From contig NW_004797827.1 in assembly GCF_000002075.1 (NCBI RefSeq), forward strand, positions 352,964 to 416,963: a stretch of DNA of 64,000 nt, given 5' to 3'. Positions 24,589-37,465 of the stretch are shown here, in pieces (position 1 is the first letter of the stretch; every line of letters begins with the position of its first letter). A program made the translations under genes and the position numbers. The DNA is from Aplysia californica (lineage: Eukaryota). Below the pieces are notes generated by a model. It did no database searches. It was not told the origin of the DNA and saw only the letters and a list, made by a program, of their open reading frames with translations.

Positions 24589-25934
24589 TTTGATGACGGC
24601 TGTACATGAACCAACAACAGTTGTTGCAAGGGCGAATTTCATTGGCGAACTCTCAAGTAAGAATGAAATATGCTTTTAAACCGCATTTGCGTATTTGATG
24701 AGTTCTAGAAATTATTAACCTTATCAAGCATTTTATTTCCATTTAATATTTATGGAGAAAATCCTAGTATAATAGAAAAATACACAATAATCTAAATGCG
24801 AAAATAATTTTACACGTTTACAATGGCCATTCCATAGACTTGTACTATAGTAATTAGCCTATGGCGCACAAGTCTTGAACGACTCTGAGACCTCAGGTCA
24901 CTGGTTGGCTGGAGAAAAAGAAAAAAGAGCTCCACATAAATTGGGTTGCCATTGCTCCTGGCAGTCTAATAATGAAGGAAGACGTAATCAATTATTTTAT
25001 TATGCTCTGCGTTATTTCGGTATTTGTCATGTAACTTGTCTTCCCGTAATAACAATTATCTATAAATACGATATGAGAAATTGTTTCTGACGAGTTATGT
25101 CAAACTTTAGGCCTTTTTCAAAAGAAACTAAGTTTGAGTCAATTAAAATTGGGCAAGGGGTGTACAGGCTACATAAATGAAATTATTGTAAGGTCCATGA
25201 TAAGGCTGTATTACAAGTACAATTTTAAAGGGTAGGCCTATAATACTGACCTAGCGAAGCAATGAAGGGGGGGGGGGGGATTCATTTCCAATTCTGTGAC
25301 AAAAACCCTTTCGCTTTCAGGATAAAAGTTACATTTCCACAAATGGCTCGAGTTCTAGAACGCTCCGTTAATATATATCCAACTCAGCTAACGCTGTTTT
25401 GCGGGGGGGGGGGGGGGGGGGGGTTCTGAGACGCTCAATTAAATATTCAGATCATTTCATTAATAAATTAGCACACTCAAAGAAGACTTTTGTTAGTTTT
25501 AATACCATTTTAACGGCCCTTTGTAATACAGATAGGTCATTTGGTGATGTCTGTCCTGAAGATTTGAGGTACGTGTAATTGTGAGAGAGGAACGTACAAA
25601 GAAAAGAGGAGGGTTAACTATAGGACCATATTATTTTTACGATAGATTTAAAAAAAGACGGAGCAATTTTAAACCACCATATTATAATATATATTGCCAA
25701 ATACCCACGATGAAAGTAGATAGATGTACGTTATAGGACCTATACTGGAGCTTATATAAATAAAATATTATATTTTTTGTAGCAATCATAATTGACTGCT
25801 TTGCTACGTTGCAGGGATCCTCGATCATCGCAACACCACGAATGTTTTGTTCTTGAGTGCCCCCATATGACATACGATCGCAGGATATTTAGAGTGAAGT
25901 TGGGTTGTTGTTTTTTGTTTGGTTTTTTTTTAGG

Positions 25935-26140
25935 GAGGGGGCGATTTTTCACGCCCCCATCGACACAATTCAGCCCATTGAGGAGGTGGGCTTCAGAACT
26001 TGCCTGTCAGGGCAACCCGGTCTGAGAGGGATGATTTTAAACAGCCCTGCAGAAAGACCGTCGAGATACTCAATAAAAGTTTCTTCTCACCCGGGAATCG
26101 AACTCATGTGTCTAGGATTCGACAATGGAGCACCTAAATA
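25935..26140 (-). mobile_element. tRNA-derived SINE (related copy on + at about 56460-56660)
   Basis: B-box-like gagttcgattccc on minus strand; shared tgacaggca...gaagcccacctcct body. Confidence 0.55.
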
Positions 26141-27218
26141 GAACGGCAGACGTTGGTTTAAAGGGGAGATCTCGAGTATCTGCAGTTACAGTACCATCAG
26201 CTCTCATTATACAGAACTTCTCTTTTCTCGTCTTCTTCTTCTTCCAAGAAACATTTCGGAAAAGGCAAAAAAGAGCTTTATCTTTTTTTTATATAGCCCG
26301 CGGATCACTACAGACATTGGGGCACGCAAATAGATAGGTTCCAGAACCTTATATTTTTTTGTTTCAAATGTCATGTAGGTATTTTTAAGCCACCATCGAT
26401 ACAATTTAGATAATTTAGGAGGCTCGTTTCCTACTCTGCCTGACAGTGACGGGGCAATTCGGGCTGAATTAAGATCAGTTAACATCCTAGCAGAAAGACC
26501 GAGATTATAATTATGTACTCGACAAAGATTCTCATCACTCGATCTTGGGTCTCCTACGCGCGACAGCCAAACATATCTATACTGCTAACCGCAACACCAC
26601 GGACGCATTGTTCATGGTTTCAGGAAGCAGCATCCCTGCATTCCGGACATGTCCATTGATGCTCCGTTGCTCTCTCCAAAATGTCACCGAGGGTGTTTTT
26701 ACAACTGTAATTGTCCCAGTGTATATCTGGTTGAACGTTCTTCTGTTCTTTCCTGCAAGGATGCCATATTTTTCGCTTCCTTTTTGTATTCCCAAAAGCA
26801 TCATCCTCTCCACAGCAGTCCTGGCCCTGGCCTCTATCTTATTAACCAGCTGGTGAGAGAGACATTTCAGGATCTCGACCTTGTCTGGTTGAACTGTGCT
26901 GTCAAGTGTCAAACGAGGTGGCCTCACCAGCCAGTCTGTCTGCTTTTTCAGTTGAGATACCCGTCGTATAACAATAAACTAAATGCGGGACAAAGAGGTT
27001 GTAAGGTCTGCTTTGCCCCCCCCCCCCAACCGCCCCTTTCCCGATCTAGCGTACCTTGCTTCCAAAAGGATCTGGAGTTTTAGTCTTAGTACACGACATG
27101 TATTTAACAATAATTTAGAGTTATACCTGCTGCGCTTCACCCCCCCCCCCCCCCCACCTCTTCCCCTTCCACAAGACGTACCGGTACATGAGACGCTTGA
27201 GATCCACGCCCTCCTCCT

Positions 27219-28180
27219 GGGGTGGTTGACAGGTGCTCTGGTGTGGTTTGCTCCTTCTTTCCAATCAGAGATCAAGGTACATGGTCCTTTTATCTCTTCT
27301 ACATTTTTGTGCTTACTTGTTACTCTAGTAAAACCTCTAACTTTCGGCACTTATGACCTAATCGTATTGCAAGTGCCGCAGTAAAGCTCTGACTAAAATT
27401 CCTCCAACTGGCCAAGTTATATATGTTTATGATTTAATGGATATGGAAAGCCTACTTAACTCCCTAAGTAACCAACCCAAGCTCAGGAATGCCTTGTGCA
27501 CGTTGAGATTGTAACCAGAATCATCAGTACCATAATATTTCATATTTCAGTAAGAGTTTTACGGCACTTGCAATCACAATAAGGTCATATAAGACGTGCC
27601 GGAGATTAGAAGTGTTACAAGAGAGTAACAAACACAAAAAGAAGGAGGGGAAATAAAGACGATAGATGTCTGATAGGAATGATAGGAAAGAAGAAGCAAA
27701 CCACACCAGAGCACCCGTCAACCGCCCTTGTACCATAATATAATAGCACACACAGCGTGACATTGATAACAGATGAGCGAACATCTGGCTTGCGACTCAC
27801 GTTAGCAGCTTACATAATTGCCAACGAGACCACAATGTTTATCTTTTGTTTTAGTAAGCGTTTTACGGCACTTGCAACTTATTTAGGCCATGAGCTGAAG
27901 ATTAAAGGTGAGACATAAAAAACACAGAAAATTTTAAAAGAAGGAGAGACATGTCTTCAATATCAATCCGGAAGCATCAGGAATCTAAAAAAGTGTTTGT
28001 TTTAGTTAGATAGTAAGGTTTTACGACACGTGCAACATATTAAGGTCATACTATAGGCGCTGAAGATTAGAGGTGTTACAAGAGAGTAACACACAAACAC
28101 ACAAAAAGAAGTAAGAGAGATCAGGATAATAGATGTTTGATCAAAAAGAAGGTACAAATCACACCAGAGCACCCGCCAAC
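27219..28180. mobile_element. Four family A copies (27219-27398 +; 27548-27727, 27846-27950, 27998-28180 -)
   Basis: Consensus match; TSD-like gtaccataatat around the 27548-27727 copy. Confidence 0.8.
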
Positions 28181-28259
28181 TACATTTGTACCTGCTAAAA
28201 ATGTGTTTTGAGACAGTGTTTGTGATGTAATGTTTAGGCTCTTCCCCTGGGGAAGTTAA

Positions 28260-28598
28260 CCCTTCCAGCCCCAGCTATTTTAGTGCATTCGCTAACCCCA
28301 GTCCCAGCCAAATACAGCAGCATTTCACCAAAAGAGGGACACATTCTAAAAAGTGATGTAGATCTAGTATCTTTGCAATGAGGTTTAGATAATAACATAT
28401 TAACAATCTTTAAAACTAAATGAACAAATATTATGAAAATTACCGTTCAATTACTTTTGCTTATTTCGAAAAATTTGCAAATTTGCTAACCCCCCAACAT
28501 CCCTCTTCTCTTCTTCCCCCCAAACTGAGAATATACGCTCTTGGGACGGAGATAGGTACAAGTGCTACTGAAAATACACCCACATGGGGCTGGAAGGG
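28260..28598. mobile_element. piggyBac-type MITE
   Basis: TTAA-CCCTTCCAGCCCCA...TGGGGCTGGAAGGG-TTAA: perfect 14-bp TIR with TTAA TSD. Confidence 0.85.
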
Positions 28599-28708
28599 TT
28601 AATGTTATCGAGTATCTCCATCTCTCTGCTGGGACACTGTATCTCGGTCTGGGTTGATACTTACAGTACAGGCGACAGAGTCGAGGCAGCCTGTCTTCTA
28701 AAATAGTA

Positions 28709-29164
28709 TGTGTCGCGACGCGGTGGAATCAGACCCTCGTCAATTTTGGGGCATATGGAGTTATTGGTACCATCTTAAAGCCTGTCCTTTTGCCTTGCTT
28801 TTGATGTAAAAAATATTCATTCATCTCTAACAGATAAAAATACAAGTCGAGATATTGGCGATTGAAGGAAGTGGTAGTCGCTTACTTTCAGAGGTGAAAT
28901 TAGAGAGAAAATGGCCACCAAAGTTTAGTTATATTTCCTTAGCTTGAGAGTCTGTGGAAACTAAAAATTGACATCTTCTATGCCTTTAATCAACGTTTTT
29001 CAACAAAATCCAGACAGAAATGTGTTCTTTAAACTTTAAAGGGCTTGAAAGGTGTTGGGCCAAAAAACCAAAAATTCAATAAAAATTCCCAAACCTGTGG
29101 AAAAATGCTGTATTTTGACTTTCATTATTTTGACGAGCGCCTGATTTCACCACGCTGCCTCACA
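28709..29164. mobile_element. ~450-bp MITE (11202 family)
   Basis: TIR and internal similarity. Confidence 0.8.
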
Positions 29165-29517
29165 TATTGATACATGTATATATATATATATATGGGCTGA
29201 AACTGACAGAAGAATCTGGTGTCTGAGCATAACACTTTGTAGCCACACAGCCAGCAGTACAAAATACCCCATCTGGTCACCCTGCTATGAGAGTGACTGC
29301 AACGGACTTCTAGGGCCTGTCACAGAACTGCGTCAAGTGACCGGAATGGATTTATTATACTTTTCACCTTCACATTATTGTAGCAAAGTGACCGCAAAGT
29401 GTAAATGTGAAATACGATAGTACTAAAAGTAAAGTTAATGTGCTGAGAAGTCTTCAGTTTAGGAGAGATTTATGGTAACCTGCTGTATGCTCAAAAGCAC
29501 TGAACGCTCATAATTTT

Positions 29518-29694
29518 AGTTTTAGTAAGTGTTTTACGGCACTTGCAACACAATACGGTCATATGCGTGCCGAAGATTAGAGGTGTTACAAGAGAGGAAC
29601 AAACACAAAAAAGAAGGAGGAGATATATATAGGAAAACAGATGTTTGATAGGAAAGAAGAAGCAAACCACACTAGAGCACCCGCCAACCACCCA
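29518..29694 (-). mobile_element. Family A copy with TSD ctcataatttt
   Basis: Direct repeat at 29507-29517 and 29695-29705. Confidence 0.88.
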
Positions 29695-30145
29695 CTCATA
29701 ATTTTCAGGACCACATACAATAACCAAAGATGATAATTGTTAATTTCTCAAAGCTAAAAAATCATAAAAATGAGTAGTAAATTCACACAACAGTTTCAGT
29801 TACATAACTGAGAAAGTTTTTAATAATGAAATAATGAACCATCCAATATATCACAATCAATTTCAACATCTGATCATGACAACAAGAGTCCTGCTAGAAA
29901 CTTTCAATCCTTCCTCCATTTGCTCTTATTTAGTATTATTAACTTCCCATTACTAACCTTCGTATCACACATCTAGACAGCCATACATTTTATACACACT
30001 GCATACAAAATTCACAGATAAAATGACTTTCACAGATACAAAAATAATCTCACTCACATCACCAGCAGCACATCTTTTCAGCTCAAAGCTCGATTTTTCA
30101 AATATATATATATATTATAAACATACATGACACTGGTCTCTAGAA

Positions 30146-30508
30146 TCAGTCTCTCCCTAATCTGTAACCACCACCGCCCCCACTCCCTCCTTGAGGCCTT
30201 CTGTTGTTGCCGCTGCTGCTTCTATCAGAATCTCCAGCACCCCCACCAAAAATTCTCGTCACGGCCTCTGGTGCTCCGTGGGTGCTCCACCTGCTCACAG
30301 CAAACAGCACAACGCCAAAGATAAGTCCATGGATGCCGAAGAGAAGCAGAGCAGCGATGAAGCCGACTGTGACTAACGGCTCTATGACAATATTGCCCAG
30401 AGTCCACGGGGGGATCCCCATGGCCCTGAGTCTCTCGTTCAAGGAATGGAAAAGGTTCACAGGCTGGCCCCCCTGAGCAGCAGCCGGATCCTCATGACGC
30501 ACACTTCC
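30146..30508 (-). CDS. FAM241B: FAM241 coding exon 2
   Basis: cacag|GSVRHEDP...GYRLGRD*; in frame with ORF 30146..30502. Confidence 0.9.
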   Translation of the reverse strand, partial: GSVRHEDPAAAQGGQPVNLFHSLNERLRAMGIPPWTLGNIVIEPLVTVGFIAALLLFGIHGLIFGVVLFAVSRWSTHGAPEAVTRIFGGGAGDSDRSSSGNNRRPQGGSGGGGGYRLGRD

Positions 30509-30539
30509 CTGTGAACGTGAACAGAGGACACTGTTAAAA

Positions 30540-30580
<41 letters not shown>

Positions 30581-32150
30581 ATATGTGAGGCGTGCTGACA
30601 AAATGAGTAACTTCTCGTAATCCACAAAATGGAGATATTGGCCAAAAATCGACAAAAGGGTCATGTATATATGTAGAATTTTTATTAATGCCATATTCTC
30701 TAATTATAACAGGCCTTTTATTATCCCATACTAATAAATTATAAAAACCTCACTTATTTAAGCGTGATGGGCCTATAACTATATCTTTTTCTATAATTCT
30801 TGAATCCGAGAAGAAACTCATTTTGTCAGCACTTTTCACATATATATATACAATAAAACTGATTACAGCAGCACCCACTGCAGCGGGACCATCCTTACAG
30901 CGGGACATTACCGGAATCCCTTTTTTTTCTTCTGTGTTAAACTCAAATACCTGTGCTTGGGTTAAATGGGACAAGGAAAGGCCTGAACTTGGGTACAGCG
31001 GGAGCAATCGAGCAACTTTTACCTTGGGGGAAGGGGCTGTAGGTGGCTCCAAAAAGGCAATCAGCGGTACGGCCTTTTGATTGGCCAGTCCAGTGATGAG
31101 TGAGGTGGGGCAGGTGGTAAAGAGACATGGTGCGGACAGACGTGTTACATGAGCACTCCAAAAGTAATGTGCCATAGCCATAGATCTAGGCTAGGCTAAA
31201 AAGACAGTAAAAGAAGAGGAGAACGTGGAGTGTGTAATGTTTCGGTAATTCCCCTTGCATTCCTATAGCGGCAGCGGGAACTTGCCAATAGCGGGAACTT
31301 GCCAACAGTGGGATTTTTCTTCGGGACTTAAAGTCCCCCTATTGCCATGTTCTACCGTAATAGACTTTGAGAAGATTGTGAATGGGACAGGGCTATATAT
31401 AATAATACAAAGTTGTGGATGAGTTATGTCGTCAAGGGAGTGAAAAATAGATCAAGTCATCCGAAGTTCAACTTAAACGTTGGGAACTGTGAAAAAGTAG
31501 AGGTGCCGCGATTTGGCTGAATTGACCTTCAGTATCACTAGTATCAGTGGAAAAACTTTGAGGTAGAAATACTTAACTATACCATCAGAAAATGAATAAA
31601 TATCCAACACTAATAACATCTTCGGCACTTATCACTCCAATCCTTGAAATCCTGAAACTGAAAGTTAAAAAGTCTTCAAAAGAGCAAGCTAAATAAAAGG
31701 ACCACTGTCAATTGTTCGCATCCTTTATTTTTATCAAAGAGAAGGCGGTGGCGATGGATTGGAAATACTGTCAGGAAGTCAGGATGCTGTATAAAAAATA
31801 TAAAGTTTTAAATTTTATAGGAATCCACAGGGTAAGAGATCAAGGGGAAGACCGCGAGGAACCTGGAGAAAAATCACAGAAATTGATAGAAAAGTGGGAA
31901 GACATGGAATAACATCAAGAAGCAGGCCCAGGATAGAGAAAGGTGGAAAGTGTTTTTTCATGGCCTATACCCTGGTGCAGGGTGAGAAAGGCAATGATGA
32001 TATGCTTCCATTAGTTTACAAATTCTCAATGTACTGGCAACTTACACGCTGCTGAGTCGGAGGAGCACGAGCCTGTGGTCGACTTCTGTTCTGCTGTGCA
32101 CGTGGATCATCATCCGGCACTATGTCTCCATTGGCCAAGATTCGAACCAT
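30146..32150 (-). CDS. FAM241B: FAM241 family (C10orf35/C4orf32-like) small membrane protein, complement(join(30146..30508,32046..32150)), 155 aa
   Basis: N-terminus MVRILANGDIVPDDDPR resembles FAM241B as I recall it; exon 2 LNERLRAMGIPPWTLGNIVIEPLVTVGFIAALLLFGIHGLIFGVVLFAVS; phase-0 GT-AG intron. Confidence 0.9.
30584..30840. mobile_element. MITE with TGTGAGG.GTGCTGACAAAATGAG TIR (second copy 49325-49561)
   Basis: About 33-bp imperfect TIRs in both copies. Confidence 0.7.
31815..32000 (+). mobile_element. RTE LINE 3' fragment (same family as 1395-1660)
   Basis: ggaatccacaggg...ggcccaggatagaga...ggcctataccctg. Confidence 0.65.
32046..32150 (-). CDS. FAM241B: FAM241 coding exon 1 (exon acceptor probably at 32181)
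   Basis: MVRILANGDIVPDDDPRAQQNRSRPQARAPPTQQR|gtaagt; upstream tttcag acceptor implies a non-coding first exon. Confidence 0.88.
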
Positions 32151-32344
32151 ATTTGTATCGCGTCTCACCAACTACAGTAAGCTGAAAGTTAATTTTAAAA
32201 AAGAATTTTAAAAAATAAATTGGACAATGGCATGAATGAGCAGCAGCTATGATTGTACAAAACTGTAAACATAAAGTTAGAACTCTCAGCTGCTCAGTGT
32301 AAGTAAGACTTCGTCATTTACCATTTTTTTAAATGATCGAAAGT

Positions 32345-32785
32345 TTCTGGTGTTTGACTCTCATTCAATAGGTCCCTAGTTCGAATTCGGACAGCGATGG
32401 AAAATTTTCCTTTTTTAAATTTCTCCTTTGACCTCCTTTTACTGTTCTCTATGTTCTGTAGTCTTCTTTAATTTCCACGTTCTGCCCCCTCCCCTTGGCT
32501 CCTGACTCGTTCTGGAGCCTTTCTACTGCTCCTTGTCTTTTAACCACAGCCCTGATCTTAGGATAGGTAAGTTCGAACACCTAGCCTTCTCAGACAAAAA
32601 ATCTCGGAGGTCCCATGTAAAGATCCCTTCGTGGTCCTAAAATCAATGAGTCGGTTTCGGCCACCACAAGGGCAAAATTCTTAATTTCCTACCAGCTGAA
32701 AATTAGTGTCCAGCGCGCAAGACCTTTATGTTATGCAGAGTTGCGAGCGCCATAAAATACACATATATACCAACAAACAAAAAAA
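32345..32785 (+). mobile_element. Degenerate tRNA-headed SINE ending in a family-A-like 3' hairpin tail
   Basis: B-box-like agttcgaattc near 32378; 3' gacc...ttatgcagagttgcgagcgccataaaa. Confidence 0.45.
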
Positions 32786-35700
32786 TTCTTACACTACTAA
32801 GCAGTCATGAATATATATAGAATCTATTCCCATTACAATCGAGGCCCCCGTCCACCCAATCTCTCGTCCCCAAAAAAAGGATTGAAAAAGAAGTTACAAA
32901 GCAACTGACTATCTTTTACACATAAAAATTTAAATTTCAATATATATATGACATTCTACAAAATCGGACACCTAAGAGGCTAAATTTAACTTTGGTGGAC
33001 CCACCATGTTTATATGTGCACTAGCCATACAACAGTGGGAGGTTTCCGGGGGGCTAAGCAACAATAATTTTAAAAAACACACATATAGAAGCATAGATCT
33101 AGAATCTAGATCAAGCAACAACTAAGATTAAGAGAGCGGACTATTATTGCGCAGCAAGGCTCAACAAAAGTAGTTCGGACTGCGTTCAGTATTGACAGTT
33201 GGGTTCACCAAAGTTCAATCTTACCAATCTGTCACAAATAAATAGGCATGAAGTTCATAATTTAGCTTAAACATTCTCAAAAAGAAATCTCAACCACACT
33301 GCCTCACACAAAGTATAATAAGGGGACAGTTCTCACTCCAGTGTGCTGTGACCTGTGTATTTAATCTAATTTAGAATTTAGGCTGTGGGTAGGTACCGGT
33401 ACTGTTCACACTTTTGAACTTTGAAAAGTAAGCAATTTGATGAAGCCCCAATTGTGTTGATCTTGGCAAACCGCTATGGTGAAAATTAAGTTCAATCACC
33501 AAACACGCCACATTGAGTGCTGAGAGCTAGATATCTACCAGAGGAGTCTGTCACTGTCTGTCAGTGAGTTAGAACTTGTGCTACGTATAAAACAAAATAT
33601 AACCCATGACCCGGAAACCGGGTGCGGAAAAAAACCAGTAGCATTATCTATAAATCTAAACCAATAGCCTAACTCTTAAAATCTCATGAAACGCCATTAC
33701 TTGTAGCCTGAAAGTACATTCATGAATGTGAGAGAACGAAGGAGAATTCAGGCAGTTTCTTTCTTTTTGCGGATTCATGAAATCTTTACATTAGTTAAGT
33801 AAGTTTCAGGAAGAAAAACATGCTGTCGACACTTAGTCTTTTTATTGAATTACAGGCATTTTTCTTCTAATTCGGAAGAATTGTAGTGTAAATAGGCCTA
33901 CAAAGTGTACCGTACGTACTAATAACTACATTTTTATATGTACACAGTTATCTTTATAGGCTAGTGTAGAATTGAACAGCTTTATGATGATCTACTGAAA
34001 TTAACATTTTCGAATTTTAGCCTATATTAAATTCAAAATTTTAATGCAAAAATAAGCGTGCAATATAAAACTGATAATTGATTATACAACAAGTCACTGG
34101 CCTTAGTCAGAAGAAGCAGAAATTACGGATATCATATGCCAAGAAGGCTAAAGTTGATAATTGCCAATTAACACTTTTGATTTTCGCCATTTATATTCCT
34201 TTTCCGGAGATTTATGATAATCATTTATGATCATACAGAGAAAAGTAAAATGGAATTGAAAATAGAAAGAAAGTAGCCATATATACACATTTACCACGGT
34301 ACATTCTAAATGGGATTAACAATTACAAGAAAAGCTGGCCCATCTATGAAAAGGCGCAGCCATCAAGTGCTTGGCCGATACCATAGTTTTTGCATCGAGT
34401 CTAATATAAAGAGAAACGAGTACCCATTCCAAATTCCTATTTTAATACAACTTAAAGTTATAAGAGTTCTCATTTATTTATTTTTTCTGCTTGGTTTGTG
34501 AGATTCAAATAATATGTATGCGTGAGATAACTATGCTGTTACGACGTTACTTAATTCGATGACTATACATTGTAGAGGGGTGGGGTGGAGCGGGTTTTTC
34601 GTACTGTACATTATTTGTGAGTTGTCAAAAAATTAGTTGTCTTCCGTTTTGTGTCATTTTGTGTATTTTCTATTAAACAAAATATGTCTCATTATCAAGC
34701 CCGGGTTCAGCATTCTTTACCCCATTATTTTTTCTTTTTAATCTGGTTATCCCTGTTCTATCCATCATGATAATTGTCTTTTATTGCTGTGGCCATCGAC
34801 AGTGCTTGGACATAATAATCGTTGTTAACAAGTTGTTCTCCTTCTTTTCTGATTAATGCCAATTTTTTATCTTTTACATATTAATTTTTCCCTGCGACAC
34901 CCAAAGGGTAGGCCTATAAGGGGCAGATAAAAGTAAAGTAAAAATATTAATTTGAGGCTCAAAGGAAAAGCGAAAGATGATGTTTTAGATACTCCATAAC
35001 AGTTTGTCAGTACTGTAACCTCGATAAGCACATCTTGATGTCTTTGGGGTCGATTATCGCATATCGATACTTGTTTGTCTTAGTCGATGAAAGGAAAGAA
35101 AAGCTGAACCTCCTGAAACGTCAGGGTCTCAGCAAGTACAAGAAAAAGGTATTTTGGAGCTAATTGTAAACTCCTTTGTAAGCCACCGTGGTCTTTTATA
35201 GAACATTATTGTCCTTTTCATATAATGCTATCAAATTTATCATACTACACAAGGAAATAAATTATGGTGAGAAATCCCTCATGATCCACCCTCTTGCCTC
35301 TGCCTCTTTCACTTTCAGTGAATTCAGTCAGTATCAGCATCGGTCTCCTCTCTCTGAGTCTCTCAAGTTTTCAGCTTCTCATTATTTTCATTGAGAAATT
35401 GTACACACAAATGACAATAAATTAAAACCTAAAACCTGTAATCTCCCAATTTTTTTGGTGCCATACTGATTGGTAATGTCTTATTGAAATTTCTCCAAAT
35501 TTGGTCATTTAGCCGAGTTGGTTAGCATGGCCATGATTGACTCTTAATTGAGAGTAGGTGAGTAGGCTAATAAAAGTAAGATTTTTAGTGTCTTCCTCCA
35601 TCCTTTACTTTTTATATGTTTGGCTGGATTGTACTTTACCAGACCACCCGTCTCGGCCTGTGATTACTACGCACTCATCTTGTGTACTCTACTCTACGTG

Positions 35701-36057
35701 CGGACAAAAGGTAATTCCGCAGGCGACTTCGCACACACATAGCGCAAGCCAGCGGCGACTGGCGAGGCGAGGTGAGCGAGAGGTGTTGGCTGAGAGTGGG
35801 CAGGAGATTTAACTTTGGTGGACCACCATGTATCACACCAACAGGGGGGGGGTTCAGGGGGCTTGCCCCCCTGGAAATATTAAAGAAAAGGCACAAATGC
35901 AAAACACTAACATGAGCGGACAGTCGTGTTTACATAATGAAACAACAGTGGGGGGGAGGGGGGTGTTTCAGGAGGGCTACCTGGCAACAATAATTTAAAG
36001 ACACAAACACACACACACATAATAACATGAGCGGACAATCGTGGTAGAGGTACTCAC

Positions 36058-36417
36058 CAAGTCGCGAGCAGGGCTGAGGGGGTTGCAATTATGCAAATGA
36101 GCTCTCGTGCACATCTCTAGCCCTCCATTGTACTTTGCCGGACCAGGAGTAGGCCAAGCCAGCAGAGTCGCTGGCAAATAAGAATAGTGTACCACGTGAT
36201 TAGATTGACCAATTAGCTTAGCCTCAAGGTGTCAGGGTCGTGGGTCAAAGGGCAGGGTCGTGATGACTGAAAACCCGGTAAGAGACGTCAGTCGATTGTT
36301 GGCAGTCAAAGGGTGGGGGCGTAGAAAACTGAGCAGGAGACTGAGTAGGGGAGTTTGGAAACGAAGAATTGCGGGCCACTAGGCGCCATAGCGAAAGTAG
36401 TCCCGACCGGTGGTCCG
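36058..36417. promoter_or_regulatory. Probable bidirectional promoter and non-coding first exons of FAM241 (-) and UBE2I (+)
   Basis: GC/CpG-richer island between the divergent genes; minus donor TTG|gtgagt at 36058, plus donor CCG|gtaaag near 36417; ATGCAAAT (36091), CACGTG (36193), CCAAT and CRE-like motifs. Confidence 0.5.
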
Positions 36418-37007
36418 GTAAAGTAAAATATTACCATGTTTTAGTGAGTCACTTAAGTTTTTTTTATTCCTCCAGGTGGAAATCTAGATCTAATATTATT
36501 CTTGCTAATTTGAGTTTGTCAATTTAATCTGTCTTTGAATTTGTTGAACACCTTTTTACAGAACTACTTCATTTGTCATTTTGAATAATCCGAAATGATT
36601 GTGGCACTTCACACACTTGCTCATCTTCCAGTTTGGAATATTTTATTCATTTTAGATTAGAAAGCCTAGTCATTTTAAGTTCAATGTCAATGTGTTTCAT
36701 GGGTCTCAATATTCCGCTATTTAGCGGGAAAATACATAAAAGATCTCGAATATTATTTGAAAACAAAATCCGATAACGTCTTTGCCGGTCGCGATTGTGA
36801 TGTTAATTCGGCTTTTCCCGGTCTAAGAGTACGTTTCACGTGAACAGGCGGCTATGGCGGCAAGCGGAATTGTATGTGACACCGAGGCTCGACGGGAAAA
36901 TCAAGATCTCAGAAATTTATCTGTAAAAGTCTGAATACGCAACATTTGTAATATATATGCAGGTTCTGCATTACAAACGTGGTGTCGCCATGAAAATAAT
37001 GTTCGTC

Positions 37008-37465
37008 ACTGTGCTGTCGCTTGTGGTGGCAAAAAAAAAAGAAAGAAAAGAAAGTTATACAAGCGTCTTGTCGGGCTCGTCATTGTGACTGGTCAATGAA
37101 CCAGCGCGCGTTCTGAGCGCTGTGAAGTACAGGACTCCGGAATGGGGGGGGATTATTGATTTTTTTTAAAAAGATACACTCGAGGCAGGGGGAAGGGCTG
37201 GACGCAACACCAGAGGACAAAAAAAGAAAAGAAATTGGAAGCAAATTTTAATATTTAAAATATTGATTACTACTACAGCTCTCTGCAAAGTAAAGTGCGC
37301 GTTTGTGCATGCCTTGTGTATAATTGGGATCCGTCATAACTACTACTACTTGTAAGCGCGTTAATGAACTTAGGGCAGGGGCTTAAGTGTTCGCGTTTCA
37401 TTGGATGGGCGACTGTAAATTATGTCTCTATATTTTAGCTTTTTGTTCAAGATTCGCAGATTTTC
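37008..37465 (+). mobile_element. Internal core of the foldback element without subrepeat arms
   Basis: Similar to 21770-22150 and 50978-51225. Confidence 0.65.
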
